64,000 bases of DNA, taken from contig CAZNEE010000003.1 of assembly GCA_964572255.1 (NCBI GenBank), positions 25,258 to 89,257 on the forward strand. The letters are read 5' to 3'. The stretch is from an uncultured Planctomycetia bacterium (GTDB taxonomy: Bacteria > Omnitrophota > Gorgyraeia > Tantalellales > Tantalellaceae). The notes beneath the pieces were generated by a model. It ran no database searches and was not told the DNA's origin. It saw only the letters and a list, made by a program, of their open reading frames with translations. Positions 47,301 to 55,877 of the stretch are shown here, piece after piece (position 1 is the first letter of the stretch; each line of letters starts with the position of its first letter). The position numbers and the translations under genes were made by a program.

Positions 47301-50300
47301 AGTTTATGGGCTATACAATTAGATACGTATTCCTTTCCTACGTCACGGCCGCCGAACAAGCCGATTATAGTAACCCTCCCCTCGTTAAGATTGGTCTGGT
47401 AAGAATTTTCGACCTCTTTCACTATATCCTCTATTCCCTCATCAAAATCGTTTTCGCTTATCTTTCTAAGAACGCTGGACTCATGTAAAAGACCCGCTAT
47501 TTGCTCTTCCAGCGTAAGGGATTTATCCGCATCGTAGAAAAAATCCTCGTGGAGTTCTGCCAGTCTTTTCAGCACAAGACGTCTAACTTCAGAATACGGG
47601 CTTTTTGCGGCCTGCATAAAGATAGGTATGCTTTTATAAAGCCCCTTGACCTCCGCCTTGACCTCCTCTTTGTTTTGCTCCTTACTTTCCTCGATATTAC
47701 GGGCCACCTGGCGTTCTATTATATCGGATACGGATCTGCTTGCCGCTTCCAGGACCGACTTGTCTTCCTCGGTACCGGCTATTTCATTGAGAACTTCCTT
47801 GGCTTTTTCCTCGAATATCTCCACATCTACTTTCGATAAAGCCAAGGCAGCGGCTTTACGGATCTCCGGACTCGGGTCCTCCTTCAGGAGTTTTTCCAGA
47901 GGATAAAAAACTATCAGATCATGATATTCAAGTAATCCGTTTATGCCCAACAAAGCATTTAAGAAGCTGCTTACAAGAACGTCGCTCTCTTCCAATCTTA
48001 TCCGGAACCTGTTCTTGGTTGCCGGTATCTTGGCATTATGGTGTACCATAACGGGATGAGGCTGAAAATCGGCAAGTTTTGAAACCGCGGTTTTGATCCT
48101 TCGCGCTCTCTCGCTTACCATGCCGTAATCTCTTTCGATTATATCCTGCTGCAAGACCGGATATTCGCGCAGGTTTTCGCGCGCATCCCCTATAAATATA
48201 TCTACATAGATCGGCGCGACAACGGCCTTCACTTTGGCTTCGGCCTCTTCTCTGGACTCTTTATATTTATCCATGCGGAACTGGATCGAATCCTCCCGCT
48301 TTTTAATGGATTCTTCCAGGCTCTTCTTTTCAACGATATATTTGAACATATAGTCATATGTCCCCACCGCTATTTCATCCACCACGCTGATATGTTCTCC
48401 GTATTTTACTCCATTCAGTATCCCTGACGTTTTAAGCTGCCACCAGATCCCGTCGAGGACTTCCCGCCACCGTTCTTCTCCTGACGTGTATTTTTGGTCC
48501 AGGTCCTCTAATACCTTTTTTTCAAGTTCGGGATAAATACCCTCATATTTATCCTCTTCTTCCCTGATCTCTTTTAAAGAACTTATGACAAAATGTCTGT
48601 ATTCATAATAATCGCCTAAAGTGTCGCGCGAAATGAAGAACATCTCATGGTTTGATTTTTCCTCACCGCGGATCTGATCCATTATAAAAGCGGTCTGGAA
48701 AACGCTTCCCGCGGCCCTTGCAAGATACACCCATTTTTTTATGCCTTTAACTTCTTTTACGGTTTTAGATGCATATTCTCCCTCAGGATTAAAGTAATAG
48801 GTCCTGTAAAAGCTCCCATCGGCCCTTTTAGCGACATAAGACCTTAAATACCAGTCTTTTTCTATATTTTCCATGAAATGTGTAAAATACGGGTTGGAAC
48901 GAGTGACCCTGACTATATCATTAAAAGAACAAAGCGGGGTCATTTTCCATTTCTCGCCCGAATCCTCGACTACCGTTCTTTCGATCGATTCGGTCCTTAT
49001 AATAGGGGAATTGCCGTAACTTATATATTTTTCCCCGTCTATCATTGTGATCATCGAATCGACGCCGTAATGCGTTCTTTTGTACCATTTATATTCCTTG
49101 TCGCTCAAAGGACGCAATTGGTCGGGATGCTTTATGATATTTATAAGTCCGGGATTGGTTTCCGTACCGTCCCCGTAAACAAAAAATTTAAGATCACGAT
49201 ACTCGTTATACTTCTCTTCATAAAGATCAGGATCTTTATCCATAACCCCGTTTGATTCCATTTCCAGCAGCTCTATTTCCAGACCATCAAGGAACATATC
49301 GGCCCTTTTTTCCACCTTCTCCACTATCTCGTACATTGTGAAAGGCCTGTAGTATTTACCGTCTTTAGTGAACCTAAAATCCAGGCTTCCCAGTGCTCGC
49401 CAGAATTTCGTTAGATTTTCAGAATAAGGATCTATCTTTACCCCTATCATGTTCGAGGAATGGCTCATTTCGACCACAACGCCCGCTTTCTTGAAATCCT
49501 TGCCTATCTCATTTTTAAGATCTTCAATGCCTATCGGCAGGTCTTCGGGATCTAATTCTATTTTTATTTCGTGATAAGGCCCGATGATCCTGGATTTTTT
49601 TCTTAAACCGTACTTTTCCAGGCGTTTATTGATTATCCCCATTATACTTGAAGGGCTTTTTTCCGCATCTTTCTTGGGCAGGGGAACTCTTTTAAGCTCC
49701 GCCAGGGCTTCGATGATCTCTATTTTTATCTTATTATTTATATTTACATCGCTAAGCGCTTTTATCAGTTCAGATATGGCCTCCGGCATGCCCAATGCCT
49801 TAAGCGCTCTTGCCCCTTTGATCTTTTTCTTTTCGTCGCTGCTTTTCAGGTTTTTAACAGCATTGTTAAACTTCCTTTTATTCGACTGTATCTTTTTCTT
49901 CTCTTCCTCGGCCGATAATGCCCCAAGAGCTACGAGTCCTCCCAGCGAAAAAATTCCCGCAAAAAGATCCGGATGATCAGCTTTTAATTTTTCGATGCGG
50001 CTCTTATATTTTTCTCTTATTACCTTGTCTTTCAGGCAATCTTCGAGCATTTCTTCTACCAAAGGATATAACCAGCCCTTGCCTGTCTTGAATTCAAGAT
50101 ATCTTAAAAGAAAATGTGCAGCCTCCTCCTTTTTACCTTCAGAATAATAGCGTTCAGCACAAATATAGCATGAAAATGATGCTCTGCGGGGATTACCCTT
50201 AATCATCTCTATAGCCTTTTTTCTATCTTCAATTACGCCTTTATCAGAATAAATCTTCCAAAATATGAAAGTATCGCTTTTTTCTAGGGCTTCCCTTATT

Positions 50301-53300
50301 TTTTTCATTCTTTCTTGTATATCCTCAACCCTGTTAAATTTTCTATAACAATTAAGAAGAAATGAGTTGGACACTATATAAGTTTCTATAAGCCACTTGC
50401 TCTCTCCGCTTTTGCGTTTTTCCAACAGTTCGACAGCTTTCTCATAATCTCCCATAATAAAATAACTAATGCTTACCGCCATAACAATTGCGTGGTGATC
50501 TTTTACATTTACATCCGTTATTTTATTATACTCATCAATACATTCCTGATAACGCCCACGCAAAGCAAGTATTTCAATATTCCCCCATTTACATATTTGA
50601 TCATTATTTTCACTACGCGGATATTTTTCTTTATCATCAAGAACTTCTTTGAATACTTTTTTCGCTTCATCTAATTCAAAATTATTCGACATCCACCACC
50701 CCATATATGCTTTCATTCTATTGACCTCATATAAATCTTCTGGGGGATACTCGAGGTACTTTTTAGCTATCCGAATAGCATCTGATAAATTATTATTGTA
50801 TGAAAATTCAAAAGCAATTTTTTCATAAAACATACTTAATTCTTTTCTTACTTCATTATTATCTTTATATTTTTCTTCAATTAAATCCGCACATTTCAAC
50901 GCTTCCTCAACATTCTTCTGTTTGTAATAAATCTTTGCCAGATGTAAAAGTGCGTGAGGGGCAAATTCCTCACCCGGATGGTCCTGAGATAATTTTTTAA
51001 ATGTATCGATGGCATCCTGTTCCGATCCTATTTCCAGATACGCAAGTCCCATATTGTAAGCCGCGTATACGGCAAAATCTGTACCCGGATATGCCATGAT
51101 TATCTTCTTGCATTCGGTAATCGCCTCATCATATTTTTTATCTTTAATAAAATCCTCTATTTTGCCTTCAAGCTGAAGACGTTTAATGCGTGCTTCTTCT
51201 TCAAGTTTTTTGCGTTCTTCTGCAATACGCTGCCTTTCTTTTTCGGCTTCCTCAGCGGTTTTTCTTTTTTCTTCTTCAAGACGTTTTTGCTCTTCCTGCA
51301 AAGCAAGTTCCTTTTGTTTTGCTTCTTCAGTTTCTTTCTTTATGTAAATAAACGTACTTATGCCTGCTATAATCACCGCAATAAACAGAATTAATCCGGG
51401 AATAAAGAGTTTTTTATTTCTTTTTAGATACCGCTTGAATTTTTCTCCTCTTGATAAAGGCCTTGCTTTGATCTCACGGCCTGCCAGATACCGTTGGATG
51501 TCTTCCGCTGCTTCCTGCGCGGTCTGATAACGGTCCTCCGGGAACTTCTCTATCATTTTCATGATAATAGTGTTCAGGTCCTCATCCTTCCTTATCCCCC
51601 TGTAAATCCTGCTTCTTCTTTTTTTTACAGGAACCGGTTCTTCGTGTAAGATCTTGTTTAAAACCTCCATGACTTCTTTCCCTACAAAAGGCGGATGACT
51701 TGCGAACATTTCATATAGCATCGCACCGGTTGAATAGATGTCATTCCTCCGGGTCGGATCATTGCCTCTTGCCTGCTCCGGAGGCATATAGGAAGGCGTG
51801 CCCATTGCTGAACCTGTTTGGGTAAGCTTTACGGATGATTCGATATTTTTAGCCAGACCGAAATCCATTATCTTGATCTGACCTTTTTTATCTATGAGTA
51901 TATTGGACGGCTTTATATCGCGATGGATTATCCCCTTGCTGTGCGCGTATTCCAGCGCCTCCAAAACATCAACTATTATATTCAAAACCTGTTCTTTGCT
52001 TTCAAGCTCCTTATTTTCCATCAACTTATCCAAAGTGGTTCCTTCCACATATTCCATGGTAAAATACGGATACTCGTTGCCGTTATCTCTCAAGGTACCG
52101 AAATCATAGATCTGAACGATCCCGGGATGGGTCAATTTCGCTACCGATTGAGCTTCTTCTATGAATCTTGCGATATCTTTTTCGCTCGCATTTTCAAGGT
52201 TTTTCATCAGTTTCAACGCCACGTAACGGTCCAGTTTCGGATCATACGCCTTATAAACCACGCCCATTCCGCCTTCACCCAGTTTTTGAACAAGCTCATA
52301 CTGGCCTAACTGGCCTATTGATTGAACGTGCTTGCTTGTTGTGCGCCGGTATTTATCCAATATAGTTCCGCCGGGCGTTTCTTTAAGGTGCCTTTCTGAA
52401 GCAGGTGTTTCATCCGCCATTGTAGCGTCCGGATCACGGACTATGGTCTCTGTGAAACCGACACTTGCTTCAAATTGTTTTTTGCAGCCGGGGCAAGTGA
52501 AATTCTTGCCGATATCAGATGATTTTATACGGAGTAATTTGTCGCAATGCGGGCAATTGATGTTTATTTTCTCCGGAGCAGCCGGTTTTTGGACAGCAGC
52601 TTCTACGAACTGCTGATCTTGGGCTTCATCTTCTCTTATCCTGGTAAGCGCTGCGTCTTCACCTTTAGTTTCGGGAACCTTTTGCTCGCCCAGAACAAAT
52701 GGTTCATGGCATACAGGGCACTCCGCCTGCTGTCCTAATAGTTCCTTTTTTACGGAAAGTTTTTTCTCGCAATGCGGACATTCTATCTGGACTTTTTCCT
52801 CTCCGACCGGTTTCTGTTGAACCGGCTTCTGTTTTTGTTGTACCGGTTGTCCCGGCTTGAACCTGGTTTCAACGAACCTGCGCATTGTATCATTCGCTTT
52901 ATGGCTATCACGTATTGCGACTCTCTTGCCCAGTTCCTGTTCTTTATCATATTTTGTTGTTGCGTGCCTCTTCTCATCATGAATGAGCTTTCTTAAAAAC
53001 TTTTTATCATTTTCAGAGGAAGACATAGCTAAACTTCTGAAAGCCTTCTCGCTAAGGTAAATATATTTACCCCGAGGTTTTTTTGTCTTCGGGTCAAATC
53101 GTGCGCCAGCATGTGAAAATACCCATTTGTCCTGAGCGGGATCCACAAGTATAAAATTCGGGTCCGTAAGCGACTTGCTCTCTATTAAAATCACGCTTAT
53201 ATCGCTCGGAAGTTCTGTATACAAGTCTTTTCCGTACAGTTCTATAAGCATATTTGTAAGGCCCAGATCGCTGGAAGTATATTTATTTTGAGCGATCCCT

Positions 53301-55555
53301 TCTCCCCAGATCTCTCTTTTTGCGGCCTGCTGAATGATCCTGTTGATCTCCTGGTGAGTTTCCGGATCATACGAATTTGTTGAGCCGAGATTGGTTGAAG
53401 AGATCTCCTCTTCTCCGCCTTCGGCCGCAGTTCCGCGCTCAAGGCCTGATCCCTTGTCCTGTTCAGGAACATTCTTCTCCGATCCCCTCTCTTTTCCTCT
53501 TATACGTTCGATCCTCTCGAGGATTTCACGTCCCTGGCTGGACGATATTTCTTCATAACCCCGGCGAAGCGGCGATCCCTGGGGGGATTCCATTTTTCCG
53601 CTATCGCCGGGTTTTGAAACAAAATAGGTAACATTGCCGTCTTTTGTTCTGACCATCAGAAAAGACCCGTCTTCCACGACATAACCATCTTCCAACCTCA
53701 TTTTCTTTAACCTTATACGTTCCAGTTGCCCTCGACCCCTATATTCTTTTACGCCGAGTATCCTGGCGGCCTTAGCAGGATGGATCGTGTTAGCAATTTT
53801 CTCCGGCGAGATTTTTTCGTCCGCGAAATACTGTTTCGCATATCCGTCAAGCCATGTTTCGGCTTCACGAGACCAGCTGCCCATATCCCGCGCTTCTTTA
53901 CCCGGAAGCCAGCGAAATGCCAGGTCCAAAAGATCTTCCTCGCCGATATCCCCGGAATAAGGCTGGGCCGCAAGCTGGTATTTCCCGGTTTCTAAAAGTT
54001 TCTGGTAGGGTTTCTTCTTGTTGGTAAGAATAGCTATGTAAGGTCTTTCAGTATTATCTTCGAACTTAGGCGATACGATTAAGTAAGACAGTTTATTCTC
54101 ACGCATGAGCTTAGCAAGCCCCTTGGAGTGATAACCTCCCGTTACAAGCACAGCTACATGTTTTCCCTCTTCATGCATGCGTCTGAGTGTGTTAGAGAGC
54201 ATTGCTGAATCACGTGACTCCGCAATACGGTAAAATTCCAAAGCCTTGCTTATCCCTTTAAAAATATTGCCGAGATCATACCCCTCTTCTATTGAAACAA
54301 CGTACTTACGGCATGTTCCTTTTATGAATTCAGCGCATTTTTCAGAATTAAACTCATCCCTTTGCACCGTTAAACTTAAATATCCATCATTGTCAAGCTC
54401 TGCGCTGTAAAGGCCTTTTAATAACCCCGCGAATCTGATCCATTCGCTTAAGCGCCTTTCGTCGTTATTTCGATATAGCTTGCTTCTAATGTTCTCTTCC
54501 AGACCGGAGATCTCTTTATAAAGCGAAAAGATATCGATCTGTTCATATGATGAAACATACTTAACAAACTTTGCGAGATCTTCATAACCATCGGCATTTA
54601 ATCCGTAGGAGGAAGCGAGATTTATCAAGTGCCAGTGAAAATCGGCCTGGGAGATCTTGTTCTGCTTGAATTGAATGGATTCCAGGACAAGGATCTCAAG
54701 GTCTTTTTTATTAAGGGTGCCGCTTAACTCATCGATAAGCCTTTTTCTTTCATTATTCGCCTTGATGAAATTTATCTCTTTCTCGGCCTTTATGGTCTGG
54801 ATAAGTCTGGTGATGTTGGTATATTTTTCCGTAGAGATGCCTTTTTTTGCCGCTATTTTCTCGATGGTGCCCCAATAGTCCGAAAACCCTATTCCGCCTT
54901 CTTTATGCAGTTTTGATGCATCTTCGAGTGCTTTTAATCCGCTGCTGTAAACCTTCTTGGAAAGCTCTTCCAGCTGGAAAAGCAAATTATCGACCTGGCT
55001 TACATAAAATGCGCGCTCCTCGACGATCTTTCTGAAACTTTCAACATTTTTGTTATAAAGTTCCTCATTTTCCACACCATAAAGCGCGATATCATCTTCA
55101 TCCGAGATTATCGTGAAAAATTCACCCGCGCTCATTCTGCCTTCAGCGAGAAGCTCCCCGGCGATCCTTTCTCTCGCATCCTTATCGGGTATGGCTTTGA
55201 TCAAAGACGTGTTTAAATACCCTTCCGCGCCCTCCAAAGCAATGAGCTTTACGTCGTAATTTGCCACCAGTTCATCAATTATCTGTGTTATTGAATACTG
55301 CGCTGAAAGTGACGCGTGTGCATCCTGTATGTTTATGATAGTATCCTTACCGCCGTTAAGTAAGATCTCATTTACCTTGCCGGCATTATAAGAAATATCT
55401 ATGTGATTTGAGTTTGATTGTGTTTGGAGGTTGTAAAAACTCTTAAGATCTGACCAAACCGGCTGCCCTTCTTGCACCCAGCCGATCTGCTCATGAGTGA
55501 AGACCAGTATTATTATTATAGATATTATTCTAAAGAGTTTGCTTCTTCGAAGCAT
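44342..55555 (-). CDS. Giant multidomain protein 2 (3737 aa)
   Basis: Single ORF. Domains in order: N-terminal TM; a TraB/GumN/Tiki-like module homologous to giant 1 (nt 53995-55345); a low-complexity linker; a double zinc ribbon (CPHCEKK..CPVC and CPHCDK..CPGC; 52480-52800); a Hanks-type kinase (GEGGMGVVYKA, HRDIKPSNIL, DFGLA, GTPSYMPPE; 51480-52310); a TM helix; a K/E coiled coil; TPR-like repeats; and about 1800 aa of unknown function. Confidence 0.75.
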   Translation of the reverse strand: MLRRSKLFRIISIIIILVFTHEQIGWVQEGQPVWSDLKSFYNLQTQSNSNHIDISYNAGKVNEILLNGGKDTIINIQDAHASLSAQYSITQIIDELVANYDVKLIALEGAEGYLNTSLIKAIPDKDARERIAGELLAEGRMSAGEFFTIISDEDDIALYGVENEELYNKNVESFRKIVEERAFYVSQVDNLLFQLEELSKKVYSSGLKALEDASKLHKEGGIGFSDYWGTIEKIAAKKGISTEKYTNITRLIQTIKAEKEINFIKANNERKRLIDELSGTLNKKDLEILVLESIQFKQNKISQADFHWHLINLASSYGLNADGYEDLAKFVKYVSSYEQIDIFSLYKEISGLEENIRSKLYRNNDERRLSEWIRFAGLLKGLYSAELDNDGYLSLTVQRDEFNSEKCAEFIKGTCRKYVVSIEEGYDLGNIFKGISKALEFYRIAESRDSAMLSNTLRRMHEEGKHVAVLVTGGYHSKGLAKLMRENKLSYLIVSPKFEDNTERPYIAILTNKKKPYQKLLETGKYQLAAQPYSGDIGEEDLLDLAFRWLPGKEARDMGSWSREAETWLDGYAKQYFADEKISPEKIANTIHPAKAARILGVKEYRGRGQLERIRLKKMRLEDGYVVEDGSFLMVRTKDGNVTYFVSKPGDSGKMESPQGSPLRRGYEEISSSQGREILERIERIRGKERGSEKNVPEQDKGSGLERGTAAEGGEEEISSTNLGSTNSYDPETHQEINRIIQQAAKREIWGEGIAQNKYTSSDLGLTNMLIELYGKDLYTELPSDISVILIESKSLTDPNFILVDPAQDKWVFSHAGARFDPKTKKPRGKYIYLSEKAFRSLAMSSSENDKKFLRKLIHDEKRHATTKYDKEQELGKRVAIRDSHKANDTMRRFVETRFKPGQPVQQKQKPVQQKPVGEEKVQIECPHCEKKLSVKKELLGQQAECPVCHEPFVLGEQKVPETKGEDAALTRIREDEAQDQQFVEAAVQKPAAPEKININCPHCDKLLRIKSSDIGKNFTCPGCKKQFEASVGFTETIVRDPDATMADETPASERHLKETPGGTILDKYRRTTSKHVQSIGQLGQYELVQKLGEGGMGVVYKAYDPKLDRYVALKLMKNLENASEKDIARFIEEAQSVAKLTHPGIVQIYDFGTLRDNGNEYPYFTMEYVEGTTLDKLMENKELESKEQVLNIIVDVLEALEYAHSKGIIHRDIKPSNILIDKKGQIKIMDFGLAKNIESSVKLTQTGSAMGTPSYMPPEQARGNDPTRRNDIYSTGAMLYEMFASHPPFVGKEVMEVLNKILHEEPVPVKKRRSRIYRGIRKDEDLNTIIMKMIEKFPEDRYQTAQEAAEDIQRYLAGREIKARPLSRGEKFKRYLKRNKKLFIPGLILFIAVIIAGISTFIYIKKETEEAKQKELALQEEQKRLEEEKRKTAEEAEKERQRIAEERKKLEEEARIKRLQLEGKIEDFIKDKKYDEAITECKKIIMAYPGTDFAVYAAYNMGLAYLEIGSEQDAIDTFKKLSQDHPGEEFAPHALLHLAKIYYKQKNVEEALKCADLIEEKYKDNNEVRKELSMFYEKIAFEFSYNNNLSDAIRIAKKYLEYPPEDLYEVNRMKAYMGWWMSNNFELDEAKKVFKEVLDDKEKYPRSENNDQICKWGNIEILALRGRYQECIDEYNKITDVNVKDHHAIVMAVSISYFIMGDYEKAVELLEKRKSGESKWLIETYIVSNSFLLNCYRKFNRVEDIQERMKKIREALEKSDTFIFWKIYSDKGVIEDRKKAIEMIKGNPRRASFSCYICAERYYSEGKKEEAAHFLLRYLEFKTGKGWLYPLVEEMLEDCLKDKVIREKYKSRIEKLKADHPDLFAGIFSLGGLVALGALSAEEEKKKIQSNKRKFNNAVKNLKSSDEKKKIKGARALKALGMPEAISELIKALSDVNINNKIKIEIIEALAELKRVPLPKKDAEKSPSSIMGIINKRLEKYGLRKKSRIIGPYHEIKIELDPEDLPIGIEDLKNEIGKDFKKAGVVVEMSHSSNMIGVKIDPYSENLTKFWRALGSLDFRFTKDGKYYRPFTMYEIVEKVEKRADMFLDGLEIELLEMESNGVMDKDPDLYEEKYNEYRDLKFFVYGDGTETNPGLINIIKHPDQLRPLSDKEYKWYKRTHYGVDSMITMIDGEKYISYGNSPIIRTESIERTVVEDSGEKWKMTPLCSFNDIVRVTRSNPYFTHFMENIEKDWYLRSYVAKRADGSFYRTYYFNPEGEYASKTVKEVKGIKKWVYLARAAGSVFQTAFIMDQIRGEEKSNHEMFFISRDTLGDYYEYRHFVISSLKEIREEEDKYEGIYPELEKKVLEDLDQKYTSGEERWREVLDGIWWQLKTSGILNGVKYGEHISVVDEIAVGTYDYMFKYIVEKKSLEESIKKREDSIQFRMDKYKESREEAEAKVKAVVAPIYVDIFIGDARENLREYPVLQQDIIERDYGMVSERARRIKTAVSKLADFQPHPVMVHHNAKIPATKNRFRIRLEESDVLVSSFLNALLGINGLLEYHDLIVFYPLEKLLKEDPSPEIRKAAALALSKVDVEIFEEKAKEVLNEIAGTEEDKSVLEAASRSVSDIIERQVARNIEESKEQNKEEVKAEVKGLYKSIPIFMQAAKSPYSEVRRLVLKRLAELHEDFFYDADKSLTLEEQIAGLLHESSVLRKISENDFDEGIEDIVKEVENSYQTNLNEGRVTIIGLFGGRDVGKEYVSNCIAHKLKEKMGDSVKVNRISMESGWLLDHSRRETPLGISGKFGFKGTLGFRSFIHNLRNGRGGHDELFMPFYVPEESKRIRIIDTIGSNAYLDGSGKVKEKELTEAIRKLVDDLKKNGARVIRVKETLLLQQLFDEEGNWLVKDKALKEQVVQRIKDIEKYSDRKFDRKNLYVDITERKNGTFITGDFVEKIIPNKKDVYIITGRLFGSNEAFLEGEREKLFDSLVAVWTRSQMRKVKLMRRLRTNRITRSMSENDREKFYNDMILEETNEIQPSFLNAEKVLLSVSDFEDFLFFEVRREIEFPEGIELSDDLFADIYLLFVDSFSRSETVDLFKKKKEALREIISSYGSVIDGETVTEKDVLERLKKEIYSTDQDKAEILNKTLREGLEEDPGEENHAVMLFKMGIPEELRLRIVRYLEEKGFDVGRVGKKIGPIGMDEVLKRWGAGSGLEYSVNDIEKEGIDVKDAREALETGNGEKFYTWFMKVDKEHPDLESVRLLKYSIECLNRGVEMVILRSRVSRRQLVRDFGADSEYPDDEKLESIPFQDIFKRVVVGATKAFEAAPGTLRGDFIKLALQRGAEMEGLYNLGKALVAHEKIGLIANGIHCPKYDELPKEINDYIHQKESIGIVIGVIGVSQERIDEEMLKSNIGGIKGVALSAGSEEENLEKLEAFRREYGAYTAGLIQGAEGDFQEVLHEFITDIEEKDKAKFISEFNRSPEMTSLSGKSMGEIQQVLDIISNRFAVLRSLRSSDLKVYEYKFDRIAEMNRLQAKDAENLQAKLSKLEGTKIATFRVKDINGLRWLANEHRKAIDDYRKLGKGEYPVKLHIRIAGELRERLEGEDITKDNIDGILKLAGVDDVISKDDISFRDSDSVSKIYTLINEKYGAEAKDIAIGDTRDLMLQNDEKGMHLLNEDKMLFVKMEKGLESQLYNVIISLMVNDNKIPEFMNKNAVLEKDILGYYIFRIKPIAIDEELEAERMSYEAALISM

Positions 55556-55726
55556 CTAATCCCCCCAGTTAAGGAAAAATGGTTATATCTTGCTCTTTAT
55601 TATTTTAACTTCTTAGGTATATATAATATAATAAATACTAAGTTTTGTCAATTCTAATCTATCTAACTTTTTTAATACTTAATATAGCTTATCTCCTTCT
55701 AAATAAAGTACTTACATAAAACGTCC

Positions 55727-55772
55727 CTATCTCCGGCCGCTTGGCATTACCGAAGAATAGGGACGCTTTTGG
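55727..55772 (-). terminator. Rho-independent terminator 3' of giant gene 3
   Basis: Minus-strand sense CCAAAAGCGTCCCTATTCTTCGGTAATGCCAAGCGGCCGGAGATAGGGACGTTTTATG: an 8-bp stem GTCCCTAT/ATAGGGAC followed by a T-run. Confidence 0.5.
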
Positions 55773-55877
55773 GGGTTGGGTCTTCTATATTTCTTTATTT
55801 CCCCTCGGGTTTTTGGCCCTCAACCAAATTATCTATCTAACCGATCCCAGACCCCGTTCGGGATCGAATTTCTAACA

